Source: Nitrososphaeria archaeon (GTDB lineage: Archaea; Thermoproteota; Nitrososphaeria; Nitrososphaerales; JAAOZN01). Taken from it: a stretch of 56,268 nucleotides of DNA. The stretch covers positions 135,817 to 192,084 of the forward strand of contig JARVJZ010000005.1 in assembly GCA_029775855.1 (NCBI GenBank). The letters are read 5' to 3'. Under the pieces are notes generated by a model. It ran no database searches and was not told the DNA's origin. It was given only the letters and a program-made list of their open reading frames with translations. Shown one piece after another: positions 48,926 to 56,268 of this stretch. The translations under genes were made by a program, and so were the position numbers. The number at the start of each line of letters is the position of its first letter. Within the stretch, counting starts at the first letter, position 1.

Positions 48926-51900
48926 ATGAGCAAGGTGTTGGCTAGCGAACCGCAGAACATCATCCTACCAGAGTTGAGCAGCAGATTCGCACCTAAGAGT
49001 ATTGAGGAGAGCGTAAGGAAGAGATGGGAAGACATAGGCTTGTTAAAGCTGGTTAAGGAGCGTAGGAGAGGCTGTAAAAAGCTTGGATTTGTAGAGGGGC
49101 CGCCTACTTTGAACGGTGAGCCGCATATAGGGCACGTTAGAGGGAGGATAATAAAAGACCTTTGGTTTAGATTTATGACGCTTAAAGGGTTTGATGTAGT
49201 GTTTAGAGCGGGTTGGGATACACAAGGGCTGCCTGTTGAACTGCAGGCTGAGAAGGAACTTGGGTTGACGGGGAGCAAATCTGATAACCTTAAAGCTGTG
49301 GGTGAAGAGAAGCTGGTTGAAGCGTGTAAGAAGCTGATACAGCACTACTACGCGAAGTGGCGTGAAGCAGATAGACTCCTTGGTCTCTCTATGGATTATG
49401 ATGCAGCCTACTGGACATATAAGGATGAGTATATTGAGAGAGAGTGGCGATATCTCGAGGAAGCGTGTAAACGCGGACTGCTCGGCGAAGGATTTAGAGT
49501 GGTAGCCTTCTGCCCAGGCTGCCAGACTTCACTGAGCCACGCTGAGGTGAGCCAAAGCTACGAGTTGGTTGAAGACCCATCGCTCTACTATAAGGTGAAG
49601 GTGCGTGAGTTGGACGCTTACTTGGTGCTATGGACTACGATGCCTTTTACAGTGGTTACTGATGTTATGGTTGGTGTTAAGCCTGATGCTGAATACTGCT
49701 TCGTTTTAGTTGGTGGAGAGCATTGGATAGTTGGAAAGGATAGGTTAGATGAGTTGATGAAGGAGCTTGGTGTAAAAGAGTATCAAGTGCGAGGCGTGAA
49801 GAAGGGCTATGAACTTGAGGGATTACGCTACATACACCCTCTACAAGACTTCATACCAGCTCAGCTCGAGCTGGATCAAAACCCAAAGGCGCATGTGGTT
49901 GTTGCTGAGGAGTTTGTTGACACGACTACTGGCTCTGGCATAGTTCACATGTCTCCGGCTAATGGTCAAGAAGACTTTGAGACAGCTGTGAAACGCGGTC
50001 AACCCATATTTAACCCCATAGATGACCAAGCCAAGTTTACTGATGAGGCTGGTGTCTTTGCTGGGATGTTTGTGAGAGATGCTGACGCTAAAGTCTGTGA
50101 ACTTCTTCGTGAGAAAGGGGCTCTGCTTAAGCTCGGAACCATTAAGCATCAATACCCTCTGTGTTGGCGTTCACACCACAAGATAGTTTGGCTTGCGAGG
50201 AGAGAATACTTCTATTGGATAGATAAATTAGGAGACTTGGCTTATGAGGCTGCATCCAAGGTAGAATACTTTTATGAGCCGCCTAGAAATAGGTTTCTCG
50301 AAATAATAAAGGAGAAGGTTCCGTGGTGCATATCAAGGGAGAGGGTCTGGGGCACACCACTACCTATCTGGGTCTGCAAAGACTGCGGCCATAAACAAGG
50401 ATACTTTAGTCGGAAGGCGATCTTAGAGAACGCGATTCACCTACCAGATGGACCAAATTTTGAGCTACATAGACCTTGGATAGATCGTGTTATCATTCGC
50501 TGCCCTAAGTGTGGGGGAAAAAGTGAACGCGAGCCCTTTGTGTTAGATACTTGGCATAATAGTGGTGCAGCACCTTACGCCGCCCTTGGCGACGAATACG
50601 CTGAACTTGTTCCAGTAGCATTTCTCACTGAGGGCATAGATCAGACGAGAGGCTGGGCCTATACTCTTTTGATAGAAAATGTTATTTTGAAGGGTGCTCC
50701 AGAGGCACCCTATAAGGCTTTTCTCTTTCAAGGGCATGTTTTAGATGAGAAAGGCAATAAGATGAGCAAAAGCCTTGGAAATATTGTTGAGGCCTTTGAA
50801 GCGTTATCTAATTACCCAGTCGATGCATTACGCTTTTACCTTATGTGGAAAGCCTCGCCTATCGACAGTATAAACTTCTCAGCAGAGGAGCTAAAAAGGA
50901 GACCTTACCAAATTATCAGCACCCTTTATCACTTGCACATCTACTATTACCAGAATAGCAGCTACGACTCCTATAACCCAGCGTCGCACAGCCTATCTTG
51001 GTTTAGATCTAGGGGGCTGCTGAAGCCGACAGATCTTTGGCTCCTATCTAAGATTCAGAAGCTCAAGAAGCTGGTCAGCGAAGCATATGAACGCGGACGC
51101 TACCACGAGGGGTTAAGAGCGATAGAGGAGTTTCTGATAGACGATCTGAGCCAGACATACATACCTATGACGAGGACAATAATATGGGATGACAGACCAG
51201 AAACTGTTTATTCAAGGTTTGCCGTCTACGCGGTGTTAAAGGAAGCCTTAACCACTTTAGACATACTCCTACACCCAGTCTGCCCATACACTACAGAATA
51301 CCTATACCTTAAAGCAAGGATAGGTGAGCAAGAGTCGATTTTACTTGAATCTTGGCCTGAAGTAAATGAGGAATTAGTGAACACCGAGTTAGAAGATGAA
51401 TACGACGCCCTAAGAACACTTGTATCTTTAGCGAACAGCGCGAGAATGGCGGCTAAGATAAAGAGGCGCTGGCCTCTTAAGAAGGCCCTTATCTTCGCTA
51501 GCGGTGTTTCAGCTAGGGCTGTGAAGAGGCATCTGAACACGCTTCTCGAGATGGTAAATGTCAAAGAGATTGAGTTAAGAGAAGATAGTTCAGCGGCGCC
51601 ACTTATATACGAGGTTAAGCCTAGAATGGACCTTTTGGGTAGAAACTTTAGGGAGAAAGCGTTTACATTAGCGAGTGCGTTAGCGAGTAAGCCGGCTTCT
51701 GAGGTTGCTGAGGAGATTAAATCTAAGGGGTTTGTAGAAGTCGAAGTAGGTGGGGTTAGATACCGCATCGAAAAGGAGATGGTGGTGATAGATGCGAAGC
51801 CTAAGATGGGCTACACCTATTCTTCAAAAGATGAGGTTATGCTCTTCTTAACAGTTGAGAGAGATAAGGATCTGATGGCTGAAGGTATGCTCAGAGATGT

Positions 51901-52138
51901 AGCGCGAAGGATACAAGCGCTGCGTAAAGAATTAGGCTACAACCCCACAGCAATATTGAATTCAGCAAAGATCTGTGGGTTGAATGTTGAATGGGAAGAG
52001 GCGCTTAAACCTCTACTTGATAGGTTGGCATACTTGGTAAGAGTTAAGAAAGTAGAAATAGTGAAGGAAGCCGATGCAAGGTTAAGATGGTTTGAATCTG
52101 AAGTAGATGGTGTGCCGATAAAGATAGCTCTAGGGTGA
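48926..52138 (+). CDS. ileS: isoleucyl-tRNA synthetase
   Basis: EGPPTLNG.PHIGH, GWDTQGLPVE, WTTMP, WCISRER.WGTPLP, EGIDQTRGW, KMSKS. Confidence 0.96.
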   Translation: MSKVLASEPQNIILPELSSRFAPKSIEESVRKRWEDIGLLKLVKERRRGCKKLGFVEGPPTLNGEPHIGHVRGRIIKDLWFRFMTLKGFDVVFRAGWDTQGLPVELQAEKELGLTGSKSDNLKAVGEEKLVEACKKLIQHYYAKWREADRLLGLSMDYDAAYWTYKDEYIEREWRYLEEACKRGLLGEGFRVVAFCPGCQTSLSHAEVSQSYELVEDPSLYYKVKVRELDAYLVLWTTMPFTVVTDVMVGVKPDAEYCFVLVGGEHWIVGKDRLDELMKELGVKEYQVRGVKKGYELEGLRYIHPLQDFIPAQLELDQNPKAHVVVAEEFVDTTTGSGIVHMSPANGQEDFETAVKRGQPIFNPIDDQAKFTDEAGVFAGMFVRDADAKVCELLREKGALLKLGTIKHQYPLCWRSHHKIVWLARREYFYWIDKLGDLAYEAASKVEYFYEPPRNRFLEIIKEKVPWCISRERVWGTPLPIWVCKDCGHKQGYFSRKAILENAIHLPDGPNFELHRPWIDRVIIRCPKCGGKSEREPFVLDTWHNSGAAPYAALGDEYAELVPVAFLTEGIDQTRGWAYTLLIENVILKGAPEAPYKAFLFQGHVLDEKGNKMSKSLGNIVEAFEALSNYPVDALRFYLMWKASPIDSINFSAEELKRRPYQIISTLYHLHIYYYQNSSYDSYNPASHSLSWFRSRGLLKPTDLWLLSKIQKLKKLVSEAYERGRYHEGLRAIEEFLIDDLSQTYIPMTRTIIWDDRPETVYSRFAVYAVLKEALTTLDILLHPVCPYTTEYLYLKARIGEQESILLESWPEVNEELVNTELEDEYDALRTLVSLANSARMAAKIKRRWPLKKALIFASGVSARAVKRHLNTLLEMVNVKEIELREDSSAAPLIYEVKPRMDLLGRNFREKAFTLASALASKPASEVAEEIKSKGFVEVEVGGVRYRIEKEMVVIDAKPKMGYTYSSKDEVMLFLTVERDKDLMAEGMLRDVARRIQALRKELGYNPTAILNSAKICGLNVEWEEALKPLLDRLAYLVRVKKVEIVKEADARLRWFESEVDGVPIKIALG

Positions 52139-52708
52139 ATACTGGAAATACTTCTGAAGAAGACCCTTTTCAGCTACCTTTGTAAGCCAATCGATCTTAG
52201 GAGCATTCAAAGGAGCCTTACCTAAGATTACCTCCAACACTTCCGCGAAGGTATCTGAAGGGCTTTTATTGGATGTGTCGTGTTCACTAACCTTCTTTAC
52301 ACCAAACCTCTTAAGCGCTTCAGCAGCAACCACACCCAGAATCTCAGCTGCAACATTCTCTCTAATCTTATCTTGGCTGTATCCTCTTTCAGCCAATCTT
52401 TTTTCAAGCACCTCTGGCGCACACCTTAAGAGTATAACCAACTCCACTTCACTCTTATTCAAGACAGAGGGTATAAGATGACCGCTCAAGATCATAGGTT
52501 TTCCTACGCTCATAGGTAGCAGAATTCTCCTCAGTTTACTTGTTGAAACCACATACTCTTCACCATCTTTACCTATCACTGCACCCTTTTGAATCGCAAC
52601 CTCGTTAACATCCAGATACTCTACTTGTAGGTGTGAGGATAAAAGGCGTGAAAGGGTCTTCTTACCCGTTCCTGGCGTGCCTACAACCGCTATGATGCCT
52701 TTAATCAT
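52130..52708 (-). CDS. atypical adenylate kinase (AK6/Fap7 family)
   Basis: GTPGTGK, LSGH, RLAERGYS..KIRENV.AE. Confidence 0.88.
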   Translation of the reverse strand: MIKGIIAVVGTPGTGKKTLSRLLSSHLQVEYLDVNEVAIQKGAVIGKDGEEYVVSTSKLRRILLPMSVGKPMILSGHLIPSVLNKSEVELVILLRCAPEVLEKRLAERGYSQDKIRENVAAEILGVVAAEALKRFGVKKVSEHDTSNKSPSDTFAEVLEVILGKAPLNAPKIDWLTKVAEKGLLQKYFQYSP

Positions 52709-52711
52709 ACC

Positions 52712-53212
52712 CTACTTTACCATCCGCAACCTAATCGCCTTCACCAGCAGATAACCTATTATGTTTATTGATATTGTGGAGCCTATTAACACACCTACAA
52801 TAGGGATCTCCCACAGCGGTGAATCCAAAGGTATCTGGGCGAGCCAAGTTATATACCCACCTACTATAAGGCTGACTACAATATTGGCAGATGTGCACCC
52901 AAGTAGCCAAGAGCCTTTGAATCTTAGAGAAGCAACACGCATAGCAAGATACGATGCAACAAGATTAGCAACAGTTCCACCAACCACATCCACAACACCA
53001 AAAGGGCTACCCAATGCATTCGCCACCAAGTTCCCTAAAGTCACACCTACAACAACAGGAAAACCCCTAACGATAGATAGCGGAATAAGCGCATCAGCAA
53101 CCCTAACTTGAAAAACACCAAAGCTTATGGGAAGCAGCGCAAGAACACCAATAGCATAGAGCGCAGCAAAGAGCGATGCTTCCGCAAGACTTCTACTTTT
53201 CACATACACCAC
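52712..53212 (-). CDS. queT: QueT family (7-deazaguanine precursor) transporter
   Basis: AALY, PISFGVFQVRVADAL, GVTLGNLVAN, G.VDV..GT. True start likely GTG at 53203, 6 nt after the SD GGAGGTG. Confidence 0.85.
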   Translation of the reverse strand: MVYVKSRSLAEASLFAALYAIGVLALLPISFGVFQVRVADALIPLSIVRGFPVVVGVTLGNLVANALGSPFGVVDVVGGTVANLVASYLAMRVASLRFKGSWLLGCTSANIVVSLIVGGYITWLAQIPLDSPLWEIPIVGVLIGSTISINIIGYLLVKAIRLRMVK

Positions 53213-53271
53213 CTCCTTACCCGGGGTTTATTAGGCGGAACGGGTGGAGGTGCCCCCACTCACCCGCCTAA
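53210..53271 (-). ncRNA. putative cis-regulatory RNA (riboswitch-like) in the queT 5' leader
   Basis: 8-bp P1 TTAGGCGG/CCGCCTAA; loop contains CACCTCC-ACCCG, complementary to downstream CGGGT-AA-GGAGGTG (SD); TATA-like TTATTTAG at 53300-53293. Confidence 0.6.
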
Positions 53272-53308
53272 GCAGAGTGGTTAAAGAAGCATCTAAATAA
53301 GTGTATTG

Positions 53309-54193
53309 CTACGCTCTGCGTTGGATAGCTTTTTTGAGGAGTATGGGGATCTGTGAAGGCAGTTCTGCTACATTTACGCCGGCGTCGATTAAGGCTGCTC
53401 TCTTCTCCTCTGCTGAGCCTGAGCCTAGTGATATTATGGCGCCTGCGTGCCCCATCCTCTTACCTTTGGGCGCTGATCTACCTGCGATATAAGCTACTAT
53501 TGGCTTCGCTAACCCTTGTCTGCGTATGTATGCTGCAAGCCTTTCTTCTGCATCTCCTCCAATCTCACCTATAACAACTATGGCATCAGTTTCAGGGTCT
53601 GCTTCAAACATCTGAACGACATCAACGAAGCCTAAACCTACCACCGGGTCTCCACCTATGCCTACAGCTGTGCTCTGCCCGAAGCCGCTTCTAGTTAGAG
53701 CCCAAGCTACTTCGTAAGTTAGTGTGCCGCTCCTTGAGACTATACCAACCCTACCTTTCTTAAATAGGTGCGCAGGCATTATCCCAACTTTAGCCACTTC
53801 TGGTGTTATGACCCCTGGGCAGTTCGGGCCTATGATTTTAGCCCCCTTCCTCTCTGCGTGCGCTACTAGGTTTATGGTGTCGTGTATGGGTATTCTTTCG
53901 GTTACTATGATTATCAGCTTTATACCTGCGTCTATCGCCTCATATACCGCTTCCGGCGCCGCTGATGCTGGGACAAAGACTATTGATGTGTTGATTTCTG
54001 GGTGTGATTCTACTGCTTCTGAAACCAAGTCGTAGATAGGCACACCACTAACTGTAGAGCCGCCTCTGTTAGGTGTGACTCCTGCCAGAATCTTTGTGCC
54101 GTAGTTGAGCATAGATGCTGTGTGTGTTGAGCCTTCTCTGCCTGTCGCTCCTTGCACCAACACCCTTGTTTTAGCGTCGATTAGAATCGCCAT
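53309..54193 (-). CDS. sucD: succinyl-CoA synthetase alpha subunit
   Basis: VQGATG, IGPNCPG, SRSGTLTYE, GIGGD, RMGHAGA. Confidence 0.96.
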   Translation of the reverse strand: MAILIDAKTRVLVQGATGREGSTHTASMLNYGTKILAGVTPNRGGSTVSGVPIYDLVSEAVESHPEINTSIVFVPASAAPEAVYEAIDAGIKLIIIVTERIPIHDTINLVAHAERKGAKIIGPNCPGVITPEVAKVGIMPAHLFKKGRVGIVSRSGTLTYEVAWALTRSGFGQSTAVGIGGDPVVGLGFVDVVQMFEADPETDAIVVIGEIGGDAEERLAAYIRRQGLAKPIVAYIAGRSAPKGKRMGHAGAIISLGSGSAEEKRAALIDAGVNVAELPSQIPILLKKAIQRRA

Positions 54194-54196
54194 TCA

Positions 54197-55324
54197 TTAA
54201 TCGCCTCTTAACGCTTTTACAGCGGCTTCAGCAGCTTCCTCCATGCTCTCGTAGTATCCTATACCGGCTTCTCTGAGGAGTCTACGCCCCGCTTCCTCAT
54301 TTACACCCACAAGCCTAACCACAATCGGTATGGTTCGGTTAGCTTGTAGAGCGTTTACCAACCCTAATGCGACTTCGTCGCACCTAGTTATGCCGCCTAA
54401 CACATTTACGAGCAGCACCTTGACCCTTTGATTCCTTAAGGCGAGTCTAACAGCCTTCTCAACCGTTTCTGACGATGCTCCTCCGCCTACATCTAGGAAG
54501 CACGCCGGCCTACCTCCATAGTAGGTGACTGTGTCTAGTGTTGCCATAACAAGCCCAGCGCCGTTCCCTATAACACCTATGTCTCCTTCTAGATCAACAT
54601 AGCTGAAGCCCTCTTTTCTCGCTTCTCTTTCAAGCGGATTTAGGTCAAGGCTGCTCTGGGCTAACTCGCTGTGTCTGGGTAGGGCATTATCATCCACTAT
54701 GATTCTAGCATCTAAGGCTATGAGTAAATCATCTTTGCAGAGCGCTAAGGGGTTGCTTTCTAGGAGTTCACAGTCAAGGGATTTGAATAGTTGGTAGAGC
54801 TTAATAGATAAATCAACAAAGCGTATAATCGCTCCGCCCTTAAGCCCTATACCCTTCGCTAAGTGGTAAGCTTGGTACCGCATCAGACCTTTAAGCGGGT
54901 CTATATGCTCCCTAACTAATGTGAAGTCTTTTGATTTAACGAGGTCTTCAAGGTCTATGCCGCCTACCCCACATGCTAAAGCCACCGCTTTCTTTGCTGA
55001 GCGGTCGATGGTGAAACCTAAGTAGAGTTCTTTTTCAGCGTTAATCCACTCTTCTACCAACAGTGATTCTACTTTGAGACCTTTAATTTCGCTTTTGAGC
55101 AGCTTTTCAGCTTGTGCCCTAACTTCTGCTTCGCTGCTGACCTTGACTATGCCTCCGGCCTTTCCTCTGCCCGCAACCGCTACTTGAGCCTTTAGAGCAA
55201 CTGTGCCTCCAATCGCTTTGTAGGCTTCGGCAGCCCCCTCTACATCCTTGACTAAGATATGCTTTGGAACCTTAGCACCAGCAGATGCAAATAATCTTAA
55301 CGCTTCGTATTCCTGAAGATTCAC
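54197..55324 (-). CDS. sucC: succinyl-CoA synthetase beta subunit
   Basis: KAQV..GRGKAGG, E.NPL, GNGAGLVMATLD, FLDVGGG, GGITRCD. Confidence 0.96.
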   Translation of the reverse strand: MNLQEYEALRLFASAGAKVPKHILVKDVEGAAEAYKAIGGTVALKAQVAVAGRGKAGGIVKVSSEAEVRAQAEKLLKSEIKGLKVESLLVEEWINAEKELYLGFTIDRSAKKAVALACGVGGIDLEDLVKSKDFTLVREHIDPLKGLMRYQAYHLAKGIGLKGGAIIRFVDLSIKLYQLFKSLDCELLESNPLALCKDDLLIALDARIIVDDNALPRHSELAQSSLDLNPLEREARKEGFSYVDLEGDIGVIGNGAGLVMATLDTVTYYGGRPACFLDVGGGASSETVEKAVRLALRNQRVKVLLVNVLGGITRCDEVALGLVNALQANRTIPIVVRLVGVNEEAGRRLLREAGIGYYESMEEAAEAAVKALRGD

Positions 55325-55408
55325 GATAATATATCTGGTATAAGGTCACTAATATTTTGTATCTTATTTGGGGTAATGTTTACTTAGAAAAGGATTTAGA
55401 GGAGAGAG

Positions 55409-55810
55409 GTGTTAAAGCGGGTTATGAGAAGCGCAGTCAAGACCGATAGAGCACCTAAACCAGCTGGTCCTTACTCTCAAGCGATTAGGGCTGGAGACTT
55501 CATCTATGTAGCTGGACAAGGAGGTGTCGACCCATCTACAGGAAAGTTCGTTGAAGGCGGCGTCGAGGAGCAGACCAGACAGACACTTAAAAACATCGAA
55601 GCCATACTTAAAGCTGCCGGCTCAAGCCTTGATGAAGTGGTTAAAGTTTCAGTCTTCTTGAAGGATGTGAAGGACTTCCAGACCATGAACAAGGTTTACG
55701 CAGAATTCTTCAAAGCACCACCTCCAGCCAGAACTACTGTAGGAGTAAGCTTTGTTGTACCTGAGATGCTGGTTGAGATAGATGTAGTAGCTTATTCGCC
55801 GAAGAAGTAG
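55409..55810 (+). CDS. ridA: RidA/YjgF family deaminase
   Basis: GPYSQA, GQ, N.VY..FF, PPARTTV, VEI. Start likely ATG 55424. Confidence 0.92.
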   Translation: MLKRVMRSAVKTDRAPKPAGPYSQAIRAGDFIYVAGQGGVDPSTGKFVEGGVEEQTRQTLKNIEAILKAAGSSLDEVVKVSVFLKDVKDFQTMNKVYAEFFKAPPPARTTVGVSFVVPEMLVEIDVVAYSPKK

Positions 55811-55836
55811 GCTGCTGCCAAGCAGCCCCAAATCTT

Positions 55837-56268
55837 TTATTTCTTGCCTAGGATGAGTTTGCTCCATATTTCTTCGTTTATCCCGCTGCTGCTTCCTTGG
55901 TAAACCACTTTACCTGAGAGTAGCACCATTGTATCTTCAGATACTTGGAGAGCCTTTCTTACGTTTTGGTCAATCAACGCTATAGACACACCATTTTTGT
56001 TCAACTCAATTATTCTTTGATATAGTGTCTCTGAGAGTTTTGGTGAAAGGGCTACTGAGGGCTCATCAAGTATTAGGAGCTTAGGTTTTGTCATTAGGGC
56101 TCTACCTATGGCTAACATCTGTCTTTCACCACCGCTTAGCTTGGCTGCCTTCATACTGCTTCTCTCCTTTAATATGGGAAAGAGGTTGTAGACGTGCTGA
56201 AGATTTTCTTTTACGCTTCTTGGATCTTGAGCGCCCATCTCAAGGTTCTCTTTTACAGTTAGGTTTGG
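55837..56268 (-). CDS. livF: branched-chain amino acid ABC transporter ATPase (LivF-like), 5'-truncated by window end
   Basis: LSGGERQMLAIGRAL, LDEPS; the frame stays open upstream (PNLTVKENLEMGA). Confidence 0.88.
   Translation of the reverse strand, partial: PNLTVKENLEMGAQDPRSVKENLQHVYNLFPILKERSSMKAAKLSGGERQMLAIGRALMTKPKLLILDEPSVALSPKLSETLYQRIIELNKNGVSIALIDQNVRKALQVSEDTMVLLSGKVVYQGSSSGINEEIWSKLILGKK

Noticed and set aside
1-56268. cas genes, self-targeting spacers, transposases or integrases
   Set aside because: No ORF shows Cas, transposase or integrase motifs. I saw no spacer match to the rest of the window, but this was not computed.

Overview
Archaeal chromosomal segment. The marker mix (archaeal histone, CdvB/CdvC ESCRT genes, arcadin-1, TFE, a GDGT ring synthase, a crenarchaeal-style 24-bp CRISPR repeat) suggests a thermophilic TACK archaeon, probably a basal Nitrososphaeria/Thaumarchaeota-like lineage; this is an inference. 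Bases 1-5877 are the trailer portion of a long CRISPR array (93 repeat copies by manual count, including one partial and one degenerate terminal copy). Its leader lies outside the window and no cas genes are visible. The rest is gene-dense: housekeeping genes (tmk, nth, nac, mbf1, hflX, trm56, tfe, hisS, rfcS, ileS, proC, sucCD), an intron-containing initiator tRNA-Met, a B12-radical-SAM plus Grs pair, an iscSU pair, a coxMSL-G-like molybdoenzyme cluster, a membrane protein/degenerate TrpB2/intact TrpB2 operon and a cdvB1-cdvB-cdvC cluster. The most notable observations are: (1) a riboswitch-like leader upstream of queT, whose loop carries an anti-Shine-Dalgarno able to form a pseudoknot with the RBS; (2) the TrpB2 pseudoenzyme/enzyme/membrane-protein operon; (3) an IscS lacking the PLP Schiff-base lysine beside an IscU-DUF59 fusion; (4) a spacer that appears to contain a foreign CRISPR repeat. 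All family calls come from motif recognition by eye, not from database searches.
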